From the human T2T-CHM13v2.0 reference genome, Homo sapiens, in NCBI RefSeq assembly GCF_009914755.1, contig NC_060933.1: a stretch of DNA of 64,000 nt. One strand, given 5' to 3'. Positions within the stretch are counted from its first letter, which is position 1. Every line of letters starts with the position of its first letter. The notes beneath the pieces are model-generated. The model was not told the origin of the DNA and made no database searches. It was given only the letters and a program-made list of their open reading frames with translations. The position numbers and the translations under genes are program-made. Below, piece after piece: positions 1-15,039 of the stretch.

Positions 1-139
1 ACTGCCACACTTAGAATACTCCTGATGCTGGGAGTATGAAAACAGGAAAAACAAAACAAAACTGCTCTTAAAGGTGAAGGAGGAATATCACTGAGCTCAC
101 CAACACAGCCAGGAAAAGAACAGAAGTGTGAGAAGGCTA

Positions 140-870
140 CATTCCTGAGACCCTGAGAAAATGTACCTGCATAAGACTGAGATGAAATTGCCTACTCTAG
201 TTATGATTGAAATCCCAAAAAGAAAAGAGGAAAAAATAATGGAGCAAAAGAAATATATTTCAAAATAACTGCCAAAAATATTCTAAAAGAAGTGACAGAA
301 AATCAAACTTCAGATATAGGAAACTCAGAGAATGTCAAATAGAACAAAAAGAAATAAGAATTCCGTCTTGAAAAATCTTTAAAAAATCAAGTCTAAATTT
401 TATATCTTGCTCCAAATATATAGAGATATAAATAGGTTATCATCAAGATATGGAGAAAGCCATATCATGGAAACACTAAAATAAGGCTGTGGAAGGACTA
501 CATTGATATTAGACACAACAGAGTTCGGAACAAGAAATAGTATCAGAGATGAGAGATAATAGATAATAGAATAATCAATTCTCAAGAAGATGTAAACATC
601 CTACTAATTAGGGTATGCAGCTAACAACAGAGCCTCCAAATACGTGAGGTAAAACATGAAAGAAATCAAAGGTGAACTAGAAAAATCCAAAATTATATTT
701 GCAGACTTCAACACTTTTGTCTTAGTAATGGAAAGACTAGGCACAAACTCAGTAATCATGTGGAAGATAAGAACAACAATATCACCAACAAGACATCCAA
801 TCTTCAATGGCAGCTACTCTTTCCTTTCAAGTGAAAAAAAAACAGTATGGCATATTCTCTAACAAACACA
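140..870 (+). mobile_element. Old degenerate L1 (L1M-type) fragment
   Basis: A-rich sequence with a decayed ORF2 endonuclease-like segment (ORF 656-862 '...KSKIIFADFNT' resembles L1 'TIIxGDFNT'). Boundaries approximate. Confidence 0.55.
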
Positions 871-889
871 GAATTTCTAATGTTTGCGG

Positions 890-1503
890 TCTTCCTTCTT
901 TCCATCTTCCTTTGTCTTCTCTTCCCTTCCCTTGCCTTCTTCCTTCCTTTCTTTTTTTCCTCTTCCTTTTCTTTTCTTTTTTCTTTTCCTTTCTTTCTTT
1001 TCTTTTTTCTCCTTCCTTCTTTCCTTCTTTCTTTCCTCTTATTCTTTCTTCCCTCCCTTCCTTTCTCCCTCCCTTTTCTTCCTTCTTTTCTCGTATTCTT
1101 TCTTTCTTTCTCACGTTGTTGCTTTCTTTCCTTTTTTCTCCCTTCCTCCCGCCCTCCTTTTCTTCCTTCCTCCCTCCCTTCCTTTCCTCTTTTTCCTTCC
1201 TTCCTTCGCCTCTTTATTTTCTTTGTTTCTTTGCCTTCCTCCCTTTTACCATTCTCTCTTCCTCCTTTTCTTCCTCCCTTCCTCCTTTCTTTCTTTCTCT
1301 CTTTCTCTCTTTCTTTCTCTTTCTTTCTTTCTTTTCTTTCCTTCCTTCTTTCTTGTGTTCATGTTTTCTTTTTTCTCCCTTCCTGCCTTTCTCCCTTCCT
1401 CCCTCCCTCCCTTCCTTCCCTCATTTCCTCCTCCTTTTCTTTCTTCTTTCTTTATTTCCTTCCTTCTTTCCTTCTTTTTCTTTGTTTTCTTTTCTTTCTC
1501 TTT
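890..1503. repeat. CT-rich low-complexity tract (TTCC/TTTC/CTTT mosaic)
   Basis: About 610 bp almost entirely pyrimidine on the + strand. Confidence 0.95.
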
Positions 1504-1589
1504 ACTACAATTCATATTATTTTTAAAAAATTAAGAGAGGGAGACAGAAAAATAAAGAACGCTTTAATCTGCAGGTAAATAGATTATGT

Positions 1590-2400
<811 letters not shown>

Positions 2401-3389
2401 AGTTTATATTGTAATTGTATCATGAAAATGAGAACCATAATTTACAACTGCTTTTAATACTGCACTTGGATGTTTGAAATCACGTACGTGGAAATGATCT
2501 CTATGTGCATGAGGGAGGATAGCAAATTGATGCCAAAATAATGCAAATGCAAATCTTACACACATTTCTATGTAGGTTTCATTTAATCTTTGAAATTAAA
2601 ATGAAATTAAAAGATTGTGATATTTTGATGAAATTAGACTAAAATGAACAATAACAAAATAAGAACTCACTTATATTCTTTATATGGTCAATAAAGAAGT
2701 GATAGTGGAAAAAAACAAGATCAAATGAAGGTGATGATTTAGGAAGTTGGAAAGATAGCTGAAACTACAAAATGGTATATAACCAGTGAACACTTAGACA
2801 CACTGATTGATGAACTTCAGCTTTAGCTTGGTGAGAGCATAAAATGAGAGCAGCTGAGGTTTGCAAATTTGTAATCTAATTGTGGAAAAACAGGGGAAAA
2901 CACATCTCAGCCTAATAAGATTTATCTACTAAGGAGTCTAGACTTGGTCCATTTGTCCTTGTAATTCAAAAGCTAATTCAAATACTGATTTGATGTATTG
3001 TGTGAACAACCATTGCTGATTATCATCGCATATCTGGCATTCTCTTTTATCTGATATCTAAAATATTTGATAATCCCTGGACTTTCTCTTTTCAAACCCA
3101 GTACGGTTTAATTTGAGTCTTAGAACAGTTGTCTTTGAGAAATTCTTCCCTCTACTGCATCTGTGAATGGGCATAGCATGGTTACATACATACTGTCACT
3201 CCATAGAACATTTGTTAAATTAAAGCCAAAGTTTAAAGCAACAGCTTTAACTCACTGGTTTTACTAATGTTTTCCTCCCCAATAGCCACAACAATATTGA
3301 TACCCTCACACCTTTTAACATAAAGCTTGGTGTTGTCTATTTTTCAGGTGTTGTCGTCTATATGATCTCAGTATTTTAAAAATCAGCTT

Positions 3390-3702
<313 letters not shown>

Positions 3703-5282
3703 TCAGCTCTCATTGATTTCTATGTAAATATGCACAGGTGATGTCCATATAGACATAAATAATAATATTTCTGACAATGGGTCCATATGATCTTCAACAT
3801 GTAAAATGCTTATCTGTGTAATTGACTGGTTAGTCTCATTAATGAATGTAGATTCAATTCTACTTTCTTGTTCTAGATAAATTATATAATCTAGCTTTTC
3901 ATTTCACTTATTTACTGATAACAAGAGGAAGAATGACAAGATATCTATTTTGGAAAATTACTCTGGTAGGAGTAAAGATGAAACAATGATAGAATTGCAC
4001 AGAAAACTAGAAAAAAGTATGGTCTTCTGATATTCTATCACATCACATACTAAAGGCCTCATAAAACTCAGATATTTTATCTAAAAATGTTATTTTCATC
4101 ATAGGAATGATCAAAGCATGAGACTACAATTGTATTAAAATGTGCTTGTATCACAAGCACTGGTGCTAAAAAGGAGGGGAAAACATCATTACTGATATTT
4201 TCAATGTATGTTTTACTTTTCATCAACATGAACCTCAACTTGATATGATGCAAATTGAAGGAAATCACCCATAATTCCATATGAAAAAGGCCTGTGATAT
4301 TTTATGGGAAAATAAACAGAGAAAATGCTAACAGAAACCCTATTAAGCATGAAGCTTTATGGAGCAAACACAAATCCAGTGGTGAAAGATACACACTCGA
4401 GTTCTCTTTGTTGTCTTGGAACAATACGGTTTAGAGGTGACTGGCGGGTGAGGAGAACATATGCGAGTTCACCAAAGAGAAAAGCTGAATGAGGCAATGC
4501 CTCTTCCTGACCATATCTCTTACTCAGATAACTATATAATTTATTGTCCAGTAAAGGGAATATTAAAAAATCATATTAAAAGTCATGCAGTGAAGTTGTC
4601 CAGGGAAATCAAGACTTAACAGTCTCACTCTGACAATAATGAACAGGGGGATTCCCTCAAGATAGACTAGGACATGACCCCATACTGGCAGATAGTAGAA
4701 TCAGAAAAGAACCCATGGAAAATCTTTACCTTATGCTTGAGGTAGGGACCAGGCTAAAGTGAAAGCCAGACATAAAATTCTATCTAAAATAAATCCACAA
4801 TCGAAGAAAATATGTGGTGTACAGGCATAGAATGTCTTTACTGGATCATTGAAATAGTAAGATAAATTCAACTTTTTACATTGTTTTCTTTTCCTCCAGT
4901 TAGGGCTTGAGGTTTGTCTCTGGAGAGTGACTGTGAATTGGAGCCCTGCCTTTCTGGGGTTCTGGTCAGGGGGTTGTGGATGCTTAACATGTGCCTTTCA
5001 CAGGACACTTCCTTACCCCAGCAGTGGCCAGATGTGCATCCCACGACCAAGCCTCCCTCTCACAGAACATCTGTTGAGACTAGGAGATGCCTGGTGACTG
5101 TTGCCTGACCTGTGTCTTGTGTATTTCTGACAAGAGCCACTCTCAGAGACCCTGGCCAGGAGGAGAGTTAGGTTCCAGTGTAGGTCAGCTCAGACCCATG
5201 GAGGTCACAGAACCAAACATGGGAAATCACAGAAGTAGGTTTATTACTCACAGATCCAGAGAGAAGAGGGTAGCTGAGAAGA

Positions 5283-5621
5283 GGGTTTAGCTGTGTCCCC
5301 AGCCAAATCTCATCTTGAATTCCCACATGTTGTGGGAGGGAACAGGTGGGAGGTAATTGAATCATGGGGGCAGGTCTTTCCCATGCTGTTCTTCTGATAG
5401 TGAATAAGTCTCACAAGATCTGATGGTTTTATAAAGGGGAGTTTCCCTGCACAAGCTCTCTTGTCTTGTCTGCTGCCATGTGAGACGTGCCTTTCACCTT
5501 GCACCATGATTGTGAGGCCTACCCAGCCATGTGGAACTGTGCGTCTATTAAAACTCTTTCTTCTGGAAATTACACAGTCTTGGGCATGTCTTTACCAGCA
5601 GTGTGAAAACGGACTAATACA
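5283..5621 (+). mobile_element. THE1 (MaLR) solo LTR
   Basis: 'gctgtgtccccagccaaatctcatcttgaat...cccagccatgtggaactgtg...gaaaacggactaataca' matches THE1 LTR features. Confidence 0.85.
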
Positions 5622-7944
5622 GTAGCACACCTCATAGGGCTGAACAAAATGGGGAAGATGAGTGGGGAGCAGGAGAGAGAAAAGGGGTCTGTGGGACTCC
5701 AGCCTTTATTCGGCCCAGAACATTACCCAAATAAGTTTTCCACGGGGCACTAGTCTGTGGGGTGAGTGCCAGCAGGCACATTTCTTGACTCCCACTGCAA
5801 CCGAGCAGGTCACTCTGGCGTGTGGGGGCTGTCCATGTGCGCTGTGAGGTCTGTGGGGTGAGTCAGGTAGGTTGTATCCAACGGTTCCATAGCTGGTAGT
5901 CACCAGGGGGAGGCAACTGTGTAGGGTCAATATCTAGGCCAGCCACACTGAGGAACTGTGAGGGTTAGAATTGGAAATTGTCAAGGGAATCTGAACCCAG
6001 CTACCATATGAGAGAGTTCAACTTATGTTCAATGTGAATGCCATGGCAATATTAAAAGGTAAGAATTCGCTCCATACGTGCTTGAGGTAAATAGGAGAAA
6101 CCTAGAATTTATGTAAACAGTGAGAAGATTGGATGCGTTTTCCGTCACATATTTTAATACTAGCAGCATATTATATATGTCAATCCATCAGGCATTCAGA
6201 AATACATGCTTATGAAAATTTTTTGCACCATCAGACAAAAGACAAGGGTAGAAGACATTTGTTACCCTATAAACACTAGTAAATTAAAAACAGAAGAACC
6301 TTTATGTCCTAACATATCTGTGTTGTGAAAGGCTGCCCTGTGAAATACGGGATATCTTAAACATATTTTAAAAATCATAGGTGTCAATATTTTTTAGAAA
6401 TCCATTTAAATTTTCTCTTGCTATTTTACAATGCCTATTTATTTATTTAGTGGTTCTGCTGATTTTGATGTATATCCTAAACTTTACATTTTCTTTAAAG
6501 GATATTTTATACAACTTTATGTAAAAGTTTCAGTATCTTCACATTCTCTCCCTGTCCTTTTGTTTTGCTCTTATGTGGTGGTCTTGAGTCTTTTCTCTGG
6601 CTTTTCAAACCTAGTAAGACTAAGAAACTAAAGTAACTTTGCCCGTGGTTTGGTAATGCCTTCCAAAGCACATCCTAAGCTCTCGTGCATACAGGGGTCT
6701 CCTTTGAGCTCTGTGCTTTTGAGATCCCATATACCTAAGTTCCGGTACTCCAAATCAGTACTGCTCAGTTTTAGTTACTAAGTTTAAAAATGTATTTCAA
6801 TAGCAAGTTACTTTAGTGCACTCTTGCTTCTTTCTTGACTGCTTGTATACATGTATATTCCTTTAAATGAATCCTGGAATTTATTTAAAAATTTTAAATT
6901 ATACTAATGAAACTGTATATTGTTGTGAATTCATAAGTGAATTTGGAAATAATTTGTCTTTATGATACTAAATCCTTTTTATCCAAGAATAATATGTGTC
7001 TTTATATTTATTCCAGTCTATATTTATATCACTGAGTAAATATATAGAAATGTAGATACATACAGCTGTAGTTATAGATACAAATATAGATATAACATGT
7101 TAAATCTATATCTATCCCATATAACATATATACATGCTATATATGTGTGTGTATATATATATATGTTTATGTTATTAAAGAGCTCCCTTAAAATTTTTCT
7201 TTTATTTCCTATATAATTTTAGGTCGAGCTTGAATTTTCCTTGTACAAACAAGCAAATATTTATACTAGTTTTAATACTGATGTTTAGACATTGTATCTT
7301 ATTTTAGCATTGAATATTTTCACAATTATCATAAATATTATCTAATATTAATAATGTACCTGTTAAAAATATTTAAAATTTTACCTTTGAATTATTTTAT
7401 TGTTGAATTAAAATTCCTTTAATATGATAGTAAATTTCTATTTTATGCTTTCTCTATGCATATGCAAATTAATCTACCCACTTCTCTATCTCTATGTAGT
7501 AACATGTGAAAATCAGGCCTCTCTTCTTCTAATGGACATACACACGTTTGCATATAGAATATCAGACTCTTTGCAGCATTTAAAATCTTTACAGACATGA
7601 ATATTGCCTTTTAACAAATATATTCTAGCATGTACTGAGAATCCCCTATTTATTTTTAATTTGGGCTAATCAATATTATTATTAATATTATTGGATTACC
7701 AAATTTGGAAACACACTTTCATCCCCAAGGTGGATATTTGTTTTATTTTTTTTGCCAATTTCTTGTCTTACTGTTTCAAACATTGTTGGATATTATTTTT
7801 ATTTTATTTGGCATTTTAGTATCAACATTTGTAATTGATGTACTCTACATATTTTTTCTTCAATATCTGGTGGGTTTTATAATTACTGCTACATTGGATT
7901 TGTAGTAGACATTGACAAAAATTATTCCTGTATGTTTTATAGCT

Positions 7945-8490
7945 GTATGAAGGAAACTAATATATTTTACCCCTAAATATATTTCCTTGATATATTTCAA
8001 AATGGCTATTGAGAAGGGCTGGGAATGCAAACTTAGCTGCAAAGCTGTCTTGGGGAGATTTGCATCGGTAGAGAATCTGCCTTGATGCAGCCAGGCTTTC
8101 TCTGAGGTCTGCCCCCTTGTCTGGATCTAGGAAAGGTTAACTGAGCATCTGAGGTCTCCAAAGGTCTGAAAGAAACATTTTCTGTCTATTCTTTCTGAGG
8201 ACTGCTCCCAGTGAGGTTTCACCTATGTAAAAAGTCCACTGTTGCTAGCCAGGGTCGTTTTCTCACATAACCTTTTTTTTTTTCCTGTGATCCAAGACCC
8301 CATTCTTTCTGTAAACTTCATGTGGTAGATAAGCTTCTGCACGCATCGTGTGTCTGGGTCTTCGTTCTAATGGCTCCAGTGTACACACATTGCAGAAACC
8401 TGTATGCCTTTTCTACTATTTATCTGCCTCCTATTAGTGATTTTCAGGGAAACTTCAGAAGGCAAAAGGGACATTCTCCTTTAGCCCATT
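7945..8490 (+). mobile_element. ERV1-class LTR (family not assigned)
   Basis: LTR-like sequence sharing blocks with the element at 10415-11340 ('atatttcaa.atggct', 'ttggggagatttgcat..gtagaga', 'taggaaag.ttaactgagc'). Confidence 0.55.
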
Positions 8491-8697
8491 CTCAGACAAA
8501 ATCCCCCAACATTTAACTGATTCCTAATAGCTTAAAATCACTCTGACAAATCCATATATTTATCACCTTTTCTTCCCTCTATGATTTCTGGTCAGCTTGG
8601 GTTTTGTTTTTCATTCCATTTACTTCATCCTCGAAAAGATCTATTTTACGTCTATTTATTCTCATTTATGGACATTGAGAAAAGAAAATAACTTTCA

Positions 8698-9128
8698 TGT
8701 GAGAAATGCAAGTCCTTTTAAATAATCAGGCCCAGAGAGATATTCAAATGAGACAGCAGTTCTGTCCTGCTCCTCTTTGAGCTGTGTGTTCATCTAGGCT
8801 GCTTGCTGTTGCCACAGTAGCTATTAATTAACCAATAACGCCACACCAGATAGTATAATCCACACCCAATAATAGTGTAACAGTGTATAGCCAGTCACTA
8901 ATAAATGTTATTTCCATAAGCCAATGAGAATTTGTGACAAACCTCTTTGCATCATCCCACTTCTGGACCCTTTTTTGCCTTTAAGAAACTGCTTGTTGCA
9001 AAGCTCCAAAGGGAGTTCATATCCAAGGATACTTGGGTCTGTTTCTTCCAGGCAGCTGTCCTCATTTTGGCTTAAGTAAACTCTTTGAATTACGTTTTGT
9101 GCTTCAGCCCCTTCCACTTAGATTAACA
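8698..9128 (+). mobile_element. ERV1-class solo LTR (MER57/LTR54-like)
   Basis: TG...CA ends, CCAAT box ('agccaatgaga') and MER4-group-like 3' end 'ggcagctgtcctcattttggcttaagtaaactcttt'. Confidence 0.55.
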
Positions 9129-9244
9129 ACATGGATTTGTGTCACCATGTACGGCAATTAAAATGTTCACACTTTTCCCCCCGAGGGCACTGATGTGTTT
9201 TCCTGAGCACTTGGAATAGCTACGTAGTGTTTACTGTCTAGATT

Positions 9245-9432
9245 ATGGTTTCTCAACCTTGGTGCTACTTACCTTTAGGACCAGAGGATTCTTTGCTGTG
9301 GGAGGCTGCCCTAGCAATGCTAGGTGTTTCGTTTGACCTCTAAATTTCACACCTCCACCAGTCTTGACATCCCCACAATAACACTAGACATTGACAAATG
9401 TCTCCTGGGGAAAACTCTCCACCAGTTGACAG
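9245..9432 (+). mobile_element. MER20 (hAT-Charlie) DNA transposon
   Basis: 'ggtttctcaaccttgg...attctttgctgtgggaggctgccct...agacattgacaaatgtctcctgggg'. Confidence 0.7.
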
Positions 9433-10414
9433 GCAAAGTTCTGGAAATATTGGAATTGTCAATTGAGATTTTATGTTATCCAAAACAAGTATTTTTCTTT
9501 GTTTTCAAACATCTACTTCCATCTACTTATCTATTTATTTTTTACTTTTATTTGTAACTTAATTCCATCAAGGAGAGAGAGTTCATTTTCTGTTATGCTA
9601 AATTTTTGAAGAATGTATTGATTTTTTATGACATGATATATGGATGATATGTAGATATTACATGTTTGTATTATCAAATTTCAGGGTGATAATAAAATAA
9701 ATACTTATAATATTTATATTGTCACTGTATATTAGTTATTTTCTTCCTTCACTACAGGAGTTTTTCAACCTATAGGCTATTTTTCAATTCTAAGTTATCC
9801 AATAGATTTTGAAACGTTATGATTAAATATCTACTTCTCAAGCATTCATCTTTGCAAATGAAACAATCCCAAGCTCTTATAATGCACATCATATAAAGGG
9901 CAGATTAGTCAATATATGGTTCAGAAATAATTATGTAATATTTATAAGAATATTAAAAATTTAGATCCTTAACTCAGATAAGAATAATCCAAATTAAAAT
10001 TTGATTTTATTACATAATTTAAAATGACACCAGAATACTAGTAAAAATGTAGATAAGTTTATATAATCTTTTTTAGCTGTAGGACTTTATTAGCATAAAT
10101 TCAAATACAGGAACCAAAGTAAGATTGAGACCTATAGTCAAAGGTTAAAATGTACACATTATAGGGGCATGATTAAACTAATTTAAAGCATGATAACATG
10201 GAGAAATATTGCAAAACATACATTTTACTGAATTAATTGTTAATATCTAATCATTATGTGAGAACAAAATTAAAGAGTAGCTACACACGCACACACCCAC
10301 ACACAAGTGCAATATTGTCAAATAAACGATGTTCAGCTACGCTAGAAATCACACCTGTGTTTCCTCCACAAAAAAGATTAAAAATCACAATAATATTTAT
10401 TGTATATATGGAGG

Positions 10415-11340
<926 letters not shown>

Positions 11341-12707
11341 TAGAGAAAAGACAAATATATATGTGACAAATAATATTTAGAGTGTAAGACGCTTTTTAAA
11401 GGTATATTTGCAATTTGTGTCAAAACATTTAAATATACATTTGTTATTTTAACTATAAAATTTCAAATAATTTAAGCCAAATACATAGTATATGCAGATA
11501 ATTTAGCAATATATCTATGTAGCACCTTACTGTGCATTACTGTAACCAGCCGTCTAATATAAAGAATTAATTAAGGTAGCAGCTGCTTTTCAAAGAGCGC
11601 ATTTTTTCACAGACCTATTAAATAAGACAAATAACATTTAAACTTTATTTTTAAATTTGCAGAATAGTAGTTTTCAGCAGATGGTTTATTTTAGCAAATT
11701 CCATCTTCACATAGTGCTATGCTTTTATGAGTTCCAGCTGTTAACTGATAATATTTTACTGCTGAAACTATCATGTGTGATATAATTGCTCATTATGTGC
11801 CTTAAAACACAAGCAATATAATTATTTTCAACTTGGAGCAAATTAAAATCTTATCAGCAATTTAAAAACTCTAGAGTCGTCTTCTGGTTAATTATTTTAA
11901 ACTTGTATTTTTCTCTTTATGTTTTTAGTGAGTTGTCTTATCAAGGAGAAGAACTCAAGCTGATTATTCTTTTTTTTCTCTTCCATCCACCTCGCAGGTG
12001 TGTTAATAATTTCATTTATCAGAAAATGTTCTTTCATATCCATCTTACAAGATGAGAGACCTTTTAACATCTTCCATTCGGATGTGATACCAGTAATGGA
12101 AAATATTCCAGCTTCATGAATATGGTGATACAAATAGTTATCCGTCTAACCTCTTTCAGTGCCAAATGTTTACTTTACTCAGTGAATTACTCAGTTGACT
12201 GGTAATTTCTTCTGAAATCACTAATGAGAGGATCAGAGTTCTGGCTGTTGTCTGTACCTCATATGACTCCCAGTGCAGACAATTGTTTCTATGGAGCACA
12301 GACAGTTGAAAGGATTGACTTCCTGCCTAGAATAGTTTCTGCTGTGCGTCTTATCCTTCTTGGGGAGATTTCAGATTATCTGAATTGCTTTTCTATCTTA
12401 AGAAAAAACACAACAATTCTCCCCCGAGAGGAATGTAAACTGTAGTAAGTTAGCAGAACCAATCCGTAAAATTTTTACGTTGTTTGTTGCAAAATGCAGC
12501 GTTGGTGTCTCCATCACTAACCTTTTCTATCCCTCATTGCTCTTTCTTTGACTGCAATAGGATACCTGTAGGCAAATCTGTATTCCCGAGACAGAGTGCC
12601 CTTTTGGTGAGCTATAAGCACACTCAATGGTAGGCTGAAATACTAGCTTTTATCTATGGCGAAATGGAATCATATAAGTGATTTTTTTAAAAAGGAAATT
12701 TAACTCT

Positions 12708-12835
12708 TGCTATTGTTTGAATGCTTGCCCCTTCCAATCTCATGTTAAAATTTGATCCCCAATGTTGCAGGTGGGGCTTACTGGGAGGTGTTTGTTCATG
12801 GGGTTGGACCTTCCTGAATGGATAATACCCTCCCT
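12708..12835 (+). mobile_element. MST/MLT1A LTR 5' fragment
   Basis: 'tgctattgtttgaatg...ctcatgttaaaatttgatccccaatgttgcaggtggggc'. Confidence 0.6.
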
Positions 12836-13721
12836 TACAAATCTAAAGCTATCCTCACTCCTCGGTGCCCTCAGGAATGAGTGTACCATTCTTTATTCAT
12901 GTATAATTCCCCCACCCATCCTTTTTGAGACATTAATTACATGTATGTTACACTGCTGCATGTTGTCTGACGTATCAGTGAGTTTCTGGCTTTCTTATTT
13001 TAGTTTACCCTTGTACTTTAGTTTGTAAAGCTTCTATTTTTTTTCTATAAATTTTCTAATGTTAGGGTAAAATCCATGACATTCTATCTCATGGAATTTT
13101 TATTTCAAATATTTATTTTTCATCTATACATGTCACATTTTTCATTTTATAACTTCTATTTTTCTGCTATGTTCAATTTTCATTTAAGTACCTTGACATA
13201 TACATGTATTTATCTATATGTATTTATAAAATATATTTACTTTAAGGACCTTGAAATTTCCTTCTTTTCTGTCATTTATAAATGACTTATTTTTATCCTG
13301 TTAATATATATCTTAATTTTATATATCTTACGGCTTCTTTGCATGTCAGAGTTTTTTTGGGGGGGTATTTTGATGTTATGCTATTGAATATCTAGATTTT
13401 ATTGGCTACCTTTGAACAGTGTTGTGGCAGGCAGTTCAGTAACTTCAGGATGCGTATTTGTCTGTTGTTGTTTTAAATCTTCTCTTTAAACTTTGTGGAG
13501 TTAGTCTAGAGCCATCTGTAATTTGGAGCTAAATGAGCACTGTCACTAGGGCATGAACCTCCAGTGGTCTTTACTGAATATCCTGGAGGTACAGAGGGGA
13601 TTCCCTTCTCTGATTAGAATTTGGAATATAAAGAGAAAAGAGAAAAATAGAAAGCTATGCAAAAACACGTGCATTAAAATGAATTTTATGTGGGCTTTTT
13701 CATGAAAATGTTCCTAAGGTA

Positions 13722-13950
13722 TTTTATTTTTTTATTGTGGTAAAATACACATAACATAAAATGTACTCTGTTAACCATTTTAAGTGTACAGTTCAGTGGT
13801 ACTAAATATAGTCATAACATTGTGCAGCCGTCCCTACCATCCATCTCCATAATTCGTTTCATCTTGTAAAACTGAAACTCTATACCCATTAAACAATACT
13901 TCCCCATTTCTTCCTCCCCCCAGCTTCTGGCAACCATCATTGTACCATCT
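13722..13950 (-). mobile_element. L1MB-type 3' end
   Basis: 'ttaaccattttaagtgtacagttcagtgg...aactgaaactctatacccattaaaca' is the reverse complement of an L1M 3' UTR. Confidence 0.75.
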
Positions 13951-15039
13951 CTATAATGCTAATCAAGCATAGTGGCTGTTTTTCTTGCTTCCTCTAGTCC
14001 GCAGGTAGCATACAAATGTAATAAACTACTTATTCATGTCACATCTATTTATTTTCTGCCTTATACCAAGCTTGTGGGATTCTCTTAAATACAACATTTT
14101 TATACTTACACCTATGCAATACCCATTAGCATCGCCTTCCTAAATCAGGGGAAATTGAGCCTCTGTAAGGTGGAGTAACTTCCTAAGATGTAAAACTCAG
14201 CATTGAAGTCCGTATACTTCAATATCCTCCCCTCTTCTCATTTGTCTTTACTGCCTTTTATGTATGTGTTAAATGTTCAATAAATTCTCTTTTTTAAACT
14301 GAATTGAAGCCGTGGAGCAGTGTTTTGTTGAACAATAAATATGATATAGGACACTCTTCCTCCCTTTCATTTATGATCCTGTTCATGAAAAAGAGAAATT
14401 CTTTCATTGTGCTAGAAGCTTAAAATAATGAAAATGCCACTGTCTACATTAAACAGAAACTGAAGGGAATCAAGGTGAATTGCAAGAGACATAGAAAACA
14501 AGTGGGAAAGAAATCTAGTATAATTTGCCCTTTGTGTACCTTTATTACTTAGCGTTTGAGTAAATGATTCCCCCAAATATCTTCCCATCTTAATTCATGT
14601 CTCTAAAGTAGACATTTATGTCTCACCTTGTCAAGAAGGGCAAACTCTAACATAAACATTTCCCAAAAATGCTTCCTGCTAAAACATAAGCTCAGTGTGG
14701 CTAGAAATGCAGCTCACTTCATAAAGATTAATTGGTAGCTAATTTTGCATGCTGTTCTCTGAACTTCAGTGAAACCTGTCCATCAGGCATACAGGGAATG
14801 ACGGAAAAGGTGACAACAGAAGATGAATGCTATGTCACTAATCTTCAAAGATGACAATGTGCAAATCGGGACAGCCATAGAAGCCACAACCGAAGGCAAG
14901 AAAAGATGACTTGACGCCCTGCGAAGGTTACGTTCAGGTGGTTTTTAGAGGAACGTAATCCAGCTTAGAGGAATGTAATCTTTCTAACCATTTTGCAGCG
15001 AACGAACAGAAGTTCGTGTTTGCTCTCCAGCGGGATTCA

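Noticed and set aside
807-1578. Long F/L/S/P-rich ORFs (216-243 aa) and K/E/R-rich antisense ORFs
   Set aside because: Artefact of the CT-rich tract, which cannot form stop codons; open in all three frames.
11897-12445. Non-repeat-looking ORFs at 11897-12133 and 12224-12445
   Set aside because: No recognisable protein similarity in the frames I read. They could be lncRNA exon sequence, but this cannot be supported without a search.
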